IMG/VR virus record: IMGVR_UViG_3300027804_000038
Span: 64,001 to 128,000 of that record
Length of the DNA: 64,000 nt
Source: a virus
Lineage: Duplodnaviria > Caudoviricetes
Direction: 5' to 3' (one strand)
Part shown: positions 56,910 through 64,000 of the stretch, in pieces
How the letters are laid out: every line of letters starts with the position of its first letter
How positions within the stretch are numbered: position 1 is the stretch's first letter
Position numbers and translations under genes: made by a program
The notes under the pieces: generated by a model
Seen by the model: the letters and a program-made list of their open reading frames with translations, nothing else
Database searches by the model: none
Told to the model about the DNA's origin: nothing

Positions 56910-59900
56910 ATGGCTACATCAAACAAAGTTTTTGTTTCTCCAGGTGTTTACACATCTGAAAGAGACTTATCATTTGTGGCACAAAGTGTTGGTGTAACAA
57001 CTTTAGGTATTGTTGGGGAGACACAAAAAGGACCCGCTTTTGAACCTATTTTTGTGACTAACTATGATGAGTTCCAATCGTATTTTGGAGGTACCTCACC
57101 TGAAAAATTTGTGAACACGCAAATACCTAAATATGAAGCGGCATATATTGCTAAATCATATTTACAACAATCTAACCAATTATTTGTAACAAGAATATTG
57201 GGGTTATCGGGATATGACGCTGGTCCGTCATGGTCTATTAAAACAATTGCGAATGTTGATTGTAATACAATAGGATTTAACGGTACTGCAACAACATCTT
57301 CATTTACTTTTACAGGAACAAGTGCGTCAACATCATCAATTACACTAACAAGTGTTCCATCCCCAATCTCATCTATTATTAATGATGTCTATACAGAATT
57401 TGATGGAGGAACTTCAAGTATTTCTGAGCAAATTCAAACTCAGTTATTGAATGTTATGAGGTCAACAGGTACTTCTGCAACTTCAATATACTACTTTGGA
57501 GCTATGTCAGGAGCGTCAATAACTGCGGCAATAGGGTCAGGATATACATCACCAACAAATGTTTATTCAGTATCCTCAATTACTGCAGAAACTATTGATT
57601 ACTGTTCAGGTTTAAATGACGCATGGTACTATTCACAGTTTAGTCCCGTTGGTACTACTTCATATTCAGGATTTTCGTTTAATACTTATGTCACTAAATT
57701 AGCTGCTTTAGGTACGCCAGGTCAATATTCAGGTATAGTAACAACTACTGTTAATACTTTTTCAGGTACCCCTTACACTAATTACAGTGATTTAGTAATT
57801 GCAACATTACGTTCAAGAGGTATTACTAATTACAGTTCAACACAATCAGGACCTTTATACCAAGTTAGTGCAACTTCGGCAGTTACTATGGTTTGTACAG
57901 GTTCTTATTCAGGAGTTAGTGAAAATCCGTTTAATACATTTGTAATTTCAGGTGTGACATACCAAGGTTCTAATTTCTCATTTGAGACTTCTTTTGAGAT
58001 TGCTAATTCTAATTATATTACTAAGGTATTTGGTTCAGGTAATTTTGATAAAGACAGAACAGAAGTTCCTTTGTTTGTTGAAGAGCGTTACCAAACCTTA
58101 TTACAATATGGTTATAATAAAGGATATATTAGAGGTTTAAGTTGTTCTTTAGAGTCTTTACCTGAAGCTAGAAACTTAGACACTTCATCAATAGCCAATT
58201 ATTTAGAAAGATATCAAACAGCATTCTCACCATGGGTAGTTTCAGAATTACGTGGTAATAAAGTTTATGAATTGTTTAGATTTGTAACAATATCTGACGG
58301 AGACGCTGCGAACAGAGAAGTTAAAGTTTCTTTAGCAAATATGTCATTTAATAACCAAACATTTGACGTAATAGTTAGAGATTATTATGATAACGACTCA
58401 AATCCTGTGGTACTTGAGAAATTCACTAACTGTACTATGGACCCTGATTTGAATAGTTATATAGCTAAAAAAATCGGTTCGACTGACGGTGAATACGCAA
58501 TACTTTCTAAGTATATAATGGTTGAAATGAACTATGATGCACCGATAGACGCACTTCCATGTGGTTTTGAAGGTTACATTATTAGAACTTATGGAGGAGC
58601 AACTTCACCATTCCCTGTATACAAAACTAAGTATGATTTCCCAGGTGAAGTAATTTATAACCCTCCATTTGGTAACACTAATGGTACTGACGATTCTGTT
58701 ACAAGTTCTGGAGATAATGTTAGAAGAACTTACTTAGGATTCTCAACTTCATTAGGGTTTGATTCTGACTTCTTTGAATATAAAGGTAAACAAGTTCCAA
58801 CTTCTTGGAGTTGTTCAGAACAAGATTACAGTAATTGGGGTGACTTAACTAAAGGTTTCCACATGGATAGTGGAGCAACTGCGGTTACGATATCTTCAAC
58901 ATACTCAACATCAGGTCAATCGGCCTTTGAAGTCGGAGATTCATCATTCTCTCAAGAACCAACAAGTTCAAGCGACCCATATTACAGACTTTATTCTCGT
59001 AAATTCACTGTGTGTGTTTACGGTGGTTTTGACGGATGGGATATCTATAGAGAATACAGAACAAATGAAGATAGATTCATCCTTGGTGAATCAGGATATT
59101 TAGCGGGAGCACAAGCAGGTTGTTCACCTTACACAAACGCAACTGGATGGGGGGCGTTTAAGAGAATCACTGTTGGTGATAACGTAGTTGATTGGGCAAA
59201 TACTGACTATTACGCTTACTTATTAGGTATTAGAAGTTTTGAAAATCCTGAAGTTACTAACATAAACGTTTTAGTTACTCCTGGTATTGACTTTGTTAAT
59301 AACTCAAACTTAACTGAGGCGACTATTGATATGGTTGAAAACGATAGAGCGGATTCAATCTATATTGTAACTAGTCCTGACTTTGACCTATACCAACCAT
59401 CAACTTCTATGGATAACTTAATCTATCCTCAAGAAGCGGTTGATAATTTAGAAACAACAGGTATAGATTCTAACTACACCGCAACTTACTATCCTTGGGT
59501 TCTTACTCGTGATACGGTTAATAACACTCAAATCTATATTCCAGCAACCGCAGAAGTTACAAGAAACTTGGCGTTAACTGACAATATTGCATTCCCTTGG
59601 TTCGCAACTGCGGGATACACAAGAGGTGTTGTAAACGCAATCAGAGCAAGAAAACGTTTAACTCAAGAAGATAGAGATACTCTATACAAAGGAAGAATTA
59701 ACCCGATTGCAACATTCAACGATGTTGGTACTGTAATATGGGGTAATAAAACACTTCAAATTAGAGAGTCGGCTCTTGATAGAATAAATGTTAGAAGATT
59801 GTTGTTACAAGCTCGTAAATTGATTTCAGCGGTGGCTGTAAGATTATTGTTTGAACAAAATGATAACGTAGTTAGACAACAATTTTTAGACTCAGTTAAT

Positions 59901-60089
59901 CCAATATTAGACGCTATTAGAAGAGATAGAGGATTATATGACTTTAGAGTTACCGTACAAAATACACCTGAAGATTTGGATAATAACCAATTAGTTGGTA
60001 AAATTTACATAAAACCAACAAAATCTTTAGAATTTATTGATATTGAATTCTTAATTACTCCTACAGGTGCTAGTTTTGAAGATATCTAA
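56910..60089 (+). CDS. Tail sheath protein (T4 gp18-like) with Ser/Thr-rich insertion
   Basis: SPGVYTSE.DLS, VGETQKGPAFEP, YYPWV, PWFATAGYTRG, RINPI, WGNKTL, LDRINVRRLL. Confidence 0.96.
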   Translation: MATSNKVFVSPGVYTSERDLSFVAQSVGVTTLGIVGETQKGPAFEPIFVTNYDEFQSYFGGTSPEKFVNTQIPKYEAAYIAKSYLQQSNQLFVTRILGLSGYDAGPSWSIKTIANVDCNTIGFNGTATTSSFTFTGTSASTSSITLTSVPSPISSIINDVYTEFDGGTSSISEQIQTQLLNVMRSTGTSATSIYYFGAMSGASITAAIGSGYTSPTNVYSVSSITAETIDYCSGLNDAWYYSQFSPVGTTSYSGFSFNTYVTKLAALGTPGQYSGIVTTTVNTFSGTPYTNYSDLVIATLRSRGITNYSSTQSGPLYQVSATSAVTMVCTGSYSGVSENPFNTFVISGVTYQGSNFSFETSFEIANSNYITKVFGSGNFDKDRTEVPLFVEERYQTLLQYGYNKGYIRGLSCSLESLPEARNLDTSSIANYLERYQTAFSPWVVSELRGNKVYELFRFVTISDGDAANREVKVSLANMSFNNQTFDVIVRDYYDNDSNPVVLEKFTNCTMDPDLNSYIAKKIGSTDGEYAILSKYIMVEMNYDAPIDALPCGFEGYIIRTYGGATSPFPVYKTKYDFPGEVIYNPPFGNTNGTDDSVTSSGDNVRRTYLGFSTSLGFDSDFFEYKGKQVPTSWSCSEQDYSNWGDLTKGFHMDSGATAVTISSTYSTSGQSAFEVGDSSFSQEPTSSSDPYYRLYSRKFTVCVYGGFDGWDIYREYRTNEDRFILGESGYLAGAQAGCSPYTNATGWGAFKRITVGDNVVDWANTDYYAYLLGIRSFENPEVTNINVLVTPGIDFVNNSNLTEATIDMVENDRADSIYIVTSPDFDLYQPSTSMDNLIYPQEAVDNLETTGIDSNYTATYYPWVLTRDTVNNTQIYIPATAEVTRNLALTDNIAFPWFATAGYTRGVVNAIRARKRLTQEDRDTLYKGRINPIATFNDVGTVIWGNKTLQIRESALDRINVRRLLLQARKLISAVAVRLLFEQNDNVVRQQFLDSVNPILDAIRRDRGLYDFRVTVQNTPEDLDNNQLVGKIYIKPTKSLEFIDIEFLITPTGASFEDI

Positions 60090-60107
60090 TAAAAACAAGA
60101 TAAAAAT

Positions 60108-60134
60108 AAAAACCCTCAGAAATGGGGGTTTTTT
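60108..60134 (+). terminator. Intrinsic terminator after sheath gene
   Basis: AAAAACCCTCA-gaaa-TGGGGGTTTTTT, GNRA loop. Confidence 0.85.
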
Positions 60135-60144
60135 GTTTTTAATA

Positions 60145-60151
60145 TATTTAT
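60145..60151 (+). promoter_or_regulatory. Putative late promoter TATTTAT
   Basis: 4 nt before ATG 60156, right after terminator. Confidence 0.55.
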
Positions 60152-60155
60152 GAAT

Positions 60156-60974
60156 ATGAAATTAATTATTGTTGAAGGATTTAGAGATGAAATAACCCCA
60201 GACATGAAGTATTATGCTTTTGATTGGGATGATAATATTATGTTCATGCCAACCAAAATAATTTTAAAAACCGAAGATGGTAGTGAAATTGGTATGGGGA
60301 CCGAAGATTTTGCCGAACATAGGGTAGATATTGGTAAAAATCCATTTGAATATAAAGGTGAAACAATTGTAGGATTTGCTGAAAATCCTTTTAGGAATTT
60401 TGGGGTGTCTGGAGATAAAAAATTTATAATTGATTCATTATTATCTAAAACAGGTCCAGCTTGGGATGATTTTGTTGAGTGTATTAACGGTGGTTCAATA
60501 TTCTCAATAATAACTGCTAGAGGACATTCACCAGAGACTTTAAAACAGTCAGTTAAAAACTTAATTGAGGTTAACTATAAAGGTCTTTCAAAAAAAGAAT
60601 TAGTTAAAAATTTAAGAAAATATAGAGAAATATATGGTGAAGAGGACATGTCAGATTTAGAACTTATAAATGAGTATCTTGATATGTGTAAATTTTATCC
60701 TGTAACGTATGGAGAAGGTTCCGCACAAAATCCTGAAGAAGGCAAAGTTAAGGCAATTAAAGAATTCTCAAAGTACGTGATGGAATTAGCGAAAGAATTA
60801 CACCAAACACCTTATTTTAAGAATGATGTATCTAACAATTTTATACCACAAATAGGATTTTCAGATGATGATTTAAGAAATTTAGCTAAGATGAAAAGTG
60901 CTTTAAAAGATGACCCAGAAAATATTGTACAATTATATTCAACACATGGAGGAGAAAAAAAGAAGTATGATTAA
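60156..60974 (+). CDS. HAD-superfamily phosphatase-like protein
   Basis: YAFDWDDNI (DxD), IITARGH, GKVKA, GFSDDD; start moved to ATG 60156. Confidence 0.7.
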   Translation: MKLIIVEGFRDEITPDMKYYAFDWDDNIMFMPTKIILKTEDGSEIGMGTEDFAEHRVDIGKNPFEYKGETIVGFAENPFRNFGVSGDKKFIIDSLLSKTGPAWDDFVECINGGSIFSIITARGHSPETLKQSVKNLIEVNYKGLSKKELVKNLRKYREIYGEEDMSDLELINEYLDMCKFYPVTYGEGSAQNPEEGKVKAIKEFSKYVMELAKELHQTPYFKNDVSNNFIPQIGFSDDDLRNLAKMKSALKDDPENIVQLYSTHGGEKKKYD

Positions 60975-61048
60975 TAAATTTAACTGGTCTTAATGCAATA
61001 TTCATTTAAAAAAACTTCAAAGTAAATAGAAAAATTTTAAAACGATAC

Positions 61049-61055
61049 TATTTAT
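61049..61055 (+). promoter_or_regulatory. Putative late promoter TATTTAT (tail tube)
   Basis: 35 nt before ATG 61091. Confidence 0.55.
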
Positions 61056-61090
61056 ATAAAAAATAAAAGAGAAATTAAAAACAAAATAAT

Positions 61091-61579
61091 ATGGCTGATT
61101 TACTAATGAAAATGCCCATACCTTATGAACCAAAAAAACAAAACAGGTTTATTTTAAGGTTTCCTTCTGAACTTGGAATTAACGAGTGGTTTGTTGAGTC
61201 GGCATCAAGACCAAAAATTACCATCGCTTCTAATGCAATTCCTTTCTTGAACACTGAAAGATATGTTGCTGGTAAGTATACATGGAACACTATTTCAGTT
61301 ACTTTCCGCGACCCAATCGGTCCTTCAGCCGCTCAGGCACTTATGGAATGGGTTCGTTTACACGCTGAATCTGTAACAGGACGTATGGGTTACGCTGCGG
61401 GATACAAAAAAGACATTGATTTAGAAATGTTAGACCCAACAGGAGTTGTAGTTGAAAAATGGAAATTAATTGGTACTTTTTTAACTGATGTTGACTTTAG
61501 TTCAGTCGCTTATACATCCGATGATTTAGTTAAAATCACCGCAACATTAAGACCTGACTATTGCGTATTATTATACTAA
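61091..61579 (+). CDS. Tail tube protein (T4 gp19-like)
   Basis: RP.I...IPFLN..RYVAGK.TW..I.VTF.D, MLDPTG.VVEKW.L.G.F. Confidence 0.92.
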   Translation: MADLLMKMPIPYEPKKQNRFILRFPSELGINEWFVESASRPKITIASNAIPFLNTERYVAGKYTWNTISVTFRDPIGPSAAQALMEWVRLHAESVTGRMGYAAGYKKDIDLEMLDPTGVVVEKWKLIGTFLTDVDFSSVAYTSDDLVKITATLRPDYCVLLY

Positions 61580-61602
61580 TAATAAAATAAAATACTATTT
61601 AC

Positions 61603-61628
61603 AAATCCACACTTGTTGTGGATTTTTT
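61603..61628 (+). terminator. Intrinsic terminator after tail tube gene
   Basis: AAATCCACA-cttgt-TGTGGATTTTTT. Confidence 0.75.
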
Positions 61629-61643
61629 ATTTAAAATATAATT

Positions 61644-62396
61644 ATGAACGAAAATATTGCGGGACAAGATAATTTTAGTTTACCACATGATGTGGTATTG
61701 TTACCATCACAAGGTAAATTTTACAAAAATAAGAAAAAAAGTGTTAAAGTTGGTTTTTTGACTGCCTCTGATGAAAATTTGTTAGCTAACGTTGGTAAAA
61801 TTACAGGTGAACAGTTATTATCACAACTCATTAGAAATAAATTATATGAACCTGAATTAAATCCAAATGATTTACTTGAAGGTGATATTGAGGCGATTTT
61901 ATTATTTTTAAGAAATACTTCTTTTGGACCTGAATATAATTTTTCACTGACTGACCCAGAAACAGGTCAACCTTTTAAGACTTCTGTGGTATTAGATGAA
62001 TTAAATTTTATTAAATCAAAAATTGAACCTTCATCTGACGGAACATTTGAAACTAAGTTACCTAAAACTGGCTCTGTTATTAAATTAAAACCGCTAACTT
62101 ACGGTGAAAAAATAGAAATTGAAAAAATGGTTGATTCATATCCACAAGGTATGGTGGCTCCTAAAGTTACTTGGAGATTAATGAAACAAATCATTGAAGT
62201 AAACGGTGACCAATCTAAGGAAGTAATTTCCAAATTTATTGAATCTATGCCAATTATGGATTCAAAATACATTACAAACTTTTTAAGTGAGAATGAACCA
62301 AGAATTGATTTAATGAGAGAAATTACAGCCCCGTCAGGAAAAAAGGTTAATGCGAGAGTATCCTTTGGGGCGGAGTTTTTTCGTCCTTTCTTCTGA
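61644..62396 (+). CDS. Tail assembly chaperone / baseplate hub protein (T4 gp26-like)
   Basis: V.LPSQGKFY, LTASDENLL, LL.GD.EAIL.FLR..SFG, ends in FF; between tube and tape measure. Confidence 0.78.
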   Translation: MNENIAGQDNFSLPHDVVLLPSQGKFYKNKKKSVKVGFLTASDENLLANVGKITGEQLLSQLIRNKLYEPELNPNDLLEGDIEAILLFLRNTSFGPEYNFSLTDPETGQPFKTSVVLDELNFIKSKIEPSSDGTFETKLPKTGSVIKLKPLTYGEKIEIEKMVDSYPQGMVAPKVTWRLMKQIIEVNGDQSKEVISKFIESMPIMDSKYITNFLSENEPRIDLMREITAPSGKKVNARVSFGAEFFRPFF

Positions 62397-62544
62397 TTAT
62401 ATAGAAAATCTATTAGACCAATACTATCTTATGGGGAAATTTCTAAACACCTCATACTCTGATTTTTTAATTATACCAACATACCAAAGAAACTTTTTGG
62501 TTAATAAAATAATTGAAAGAAATACGCCAAAAACAGATAGTTAA
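62350..62544 (+). CDS. gp51-like chaperone C-terminal part, probably reached by +1 frameshift from the upstream gene
   Basis: LLDQYYLMGKFLNTSYSDFLIIPTYQRNFLV resembles gpT/gp51 chaperone tails; +1 frame overlap across TTT TTT C at 62376-62382. Confidence 0.6.
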   Translation: MREYPLGRSFFVLSSDYIENLLDQYYLMGKFLNTSYSDFLIIPTYQRNFLVNKIIERNTPKTDS

Positions 62545-62545
62545 T

Positions 62546-62552
62546 TATTTAT
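62546..62552 (+). promoter_or_regulatory. Putative late promoter TATTTAT (tape measure)
   Basis: 16 nt before ATG 62569. Confidence 0.55.
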
Positions 62553-62568
62553 ATTAAAAATATAATAT

Positions 62569-64000
62569 ATGTTTTTAGGCCCACCAGACCAATCCTCTTC
62601 AGAGTTATCAGGTAAAGATTTACTAAAAACCCTAACAGGGTTTAGAGCCGCTGAAGATTTGGCGTCGTCCTTTACAAGTGCTTTAGGGATTGTATCTGAA
62701 ATAGATAAAGAATTCGCAAAAGTTGTCTCAAAAATGGGAGTGGGTGATACCATGACCCAAGCTATTAAAAAGAATTTAGCTGAAGGTGCATTTGAGGCAC
62801 TTAAACTTGGGGGTTCTTTTGAAGACGCTGAGAAAATACAACAAAATTTTTTAGATACGTATGGTAGAAATGTAGTACTACAAGGTAAATTAACGGGAGA
62901 CATCCTTGCAACCTCTAAAGTAACAGGTGTTTTGGGTGATGCGTTAATGTCGTCATTTGCAGATGCTGGTATGTCAGCAAAAGATATTACAAAAGAAATG
63001 TCAACAGTAGTAGACGTTTCTAATAGTTTAGGGGTTAACGCTCAGGCAGTTTCTAGTAAGGTCACAAGTAATTTAGAAAAATTAAACAGATACGGATTCA
63101 CCAATGGGGTAGAAGGTTTAGCTAAAATGGCCGCTAGAGCGACAACCCTTAGGGTGGATATGGATACCACTTTTAATTTGGCCGAAAAATTATATTCACC
63201 TGAATCGGCAATTGATTTAGCTAGTTCATTACAAAGACTTGGAGCAGCATCAACAGAATTAACGGACCCATTAAGATTAATGGATTTGGCTCAAAATAAT
63301 GTACCTGAGTTACAAAATCAACTTGGGGAAATGTTTAAAACATACACATATTTTGATGAAAAAACTAAAAAGTTCCAAATTATGCCGAACGCAAGAAGGC
63401 AGTTAAGGGAAATTAGTACTGAATTAAGTATACCTATTGACCAAATAGAAAAGTTTGCTTTTGGAACTGCGGATTTAGATAAAAAATTATCTGAAATATC
63501 TTTTGGTGGGTTAGACATTGGGGAAGACACTAAAGAGATGATTGCTAATATGGCGACATTAGGTGAAGGAGGAGAGTATGAAATTACAACTAAAAATGGA
63601 GATGTACAAACCTTAGATAAATTTCTACAGTCATATCAAGGTAAAGAAGACGAATTAAAAAAATATTTTAAAGACCAAGAAGCTGAAGCGGCAAAAACAC
63701 CTGAAGAAAAAATGAGAGAAATTGCAACAAGTCAACTTGGTAAACTAGGTGAAATTGAGGCATCATCCAAAGCTCTTGCCGCAGCATTTGGTTTAAGTGT
63801 TGAAAAATCAGGCGCGGGAGATAAATTATTAGAAGCTGCAAAATCAGAATACGCCTCTCAAGCTGACACACTAATGAAGGCTATTGGACCTGACTCTGAA
63901 ATAGTTAAAGGGTTATCAAATATTGGTAAAGACATACCTCAGTTAATTGAAAAATTAACATCAGGTGATTTTATGGGTGCTTTAGATATGTTAAAAACAT
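62569..64000 (+). CDS. Tape measure protein, 3'-truncated (absent from ORF track)
   Basis: ATG 62569, frame open to window end (MFLGPPDQ...DMLKT); helical Ala/Gly/Leu-rich; follows tube and chaperones; late motif upstream. Confidence 0.82.
   Translation, partial: MFLGPPDQSSSELSGKDLLKTLTGFRAAEDLASSFTSALGIVSEIDKEFAKVVSKMGVGDTMTQAIKKNLAEGAFEALKLGGSFEDAEKIQQNFLDTYGRNVVLQGKLTGDILATSKVTGVLGDALMSSFADAGMSAKDITKEMSTVVDVSNSLGVNAQAVSSKVTSNLEKLNRYGFTNGVEGLAKMAARATTLRVDMDTTFNLAEKLYSPESAIDLASSLQRLGAASTELTDPLRLMDLAQNNVPELQNQLGEMFKTYTYFDEKTKKFQIMPNARRQLREISTELSIPIDQIEKFAFGTADLDKKLSEISFGGLDIGEDTKEMIANMATLGEGGEYEITTKNGDVQTLDKFLQSYQGKEDELKKYFKDQEAEAAKTPEEKMREIATSQLGKLGEIEASSKALAAAFGLSVEKSGAGDKLLEAAKSEYASQADTLMKAIGPDSEIVKGLSNIGKDIPQLIEKLTSGDFMGALDMLKT

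Noticed and set aside
62541-63871. Minus-strand ORFs of 120, 70 and 67 aa
   Set aside because: Shadows of the plus-strand tape measure frame
1-64000. Stop-codon reassignment as in some large phages
   Set aside because: Genes are intact and tightly packed under code 11; TAA, TGA (portal) and TAG (46639 gene) all act as stops
1-64000. tRNA, rRNA, integrase, transposase or CRISPR features
   Set aside because: Intergenic gaps are short and explained by promoters and terminators; no cloverleaf or recombinase motifs recognised

Overview
64 kb, very AT-rich, densely coding segment of a large T4-like (myovirus) phage, most likely a freshwater jumbo phage of Bacteroidetes (Bacteroidetes-type bS21 gene, TTG-N20-TAnnTTTN promoters, A-rich SD-less start regions). 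It holds the head module (portal, core, antisense rpsU/bS21, prohead protease, scaffold, major capsid), baseplate/spike genes, a gp55-like late sigma factor, a 25-gene ~20 kb operon dominated by sugar-nucleotide synthesis, methyl/acetyl-transferases and glycosyltransferases (with PhoH, dUTPase, exonuclease), a second late glycosyltransferase cluster led by a GT60-like polypeptide GlcNAc-transferase and flanked by Ser/Thr-rich virion proteins, DNA polymerase B, neck proteins, Fe/Mn SOD, SNF2 helicase, and the tail module (gp15, sheath, tube, chaperones, tape measure; portal and tape measure are cut by the window edges). Main candidates for new biology: (1) a phage-encoded virion protein O-glycosylation system, with a mucin-like PT repeat and a recurrent [ST]-G-x-T motif in virion proteins as possible acceptor sites; (2) a probable +1 programmed frameshift joining the gp26-like and gp51-like tail chaperones; (3) a clean two-class promoter architecture, with a TATTTAT late motif that often implies leaderless mRNAs in a phage carrying its own bS21; (4) capsid-targeting-like N-termini on SOD, WYL and HAD proteins suggesting packaged cargo. 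All product calls are from motif recognition by eye; no database searches were run.
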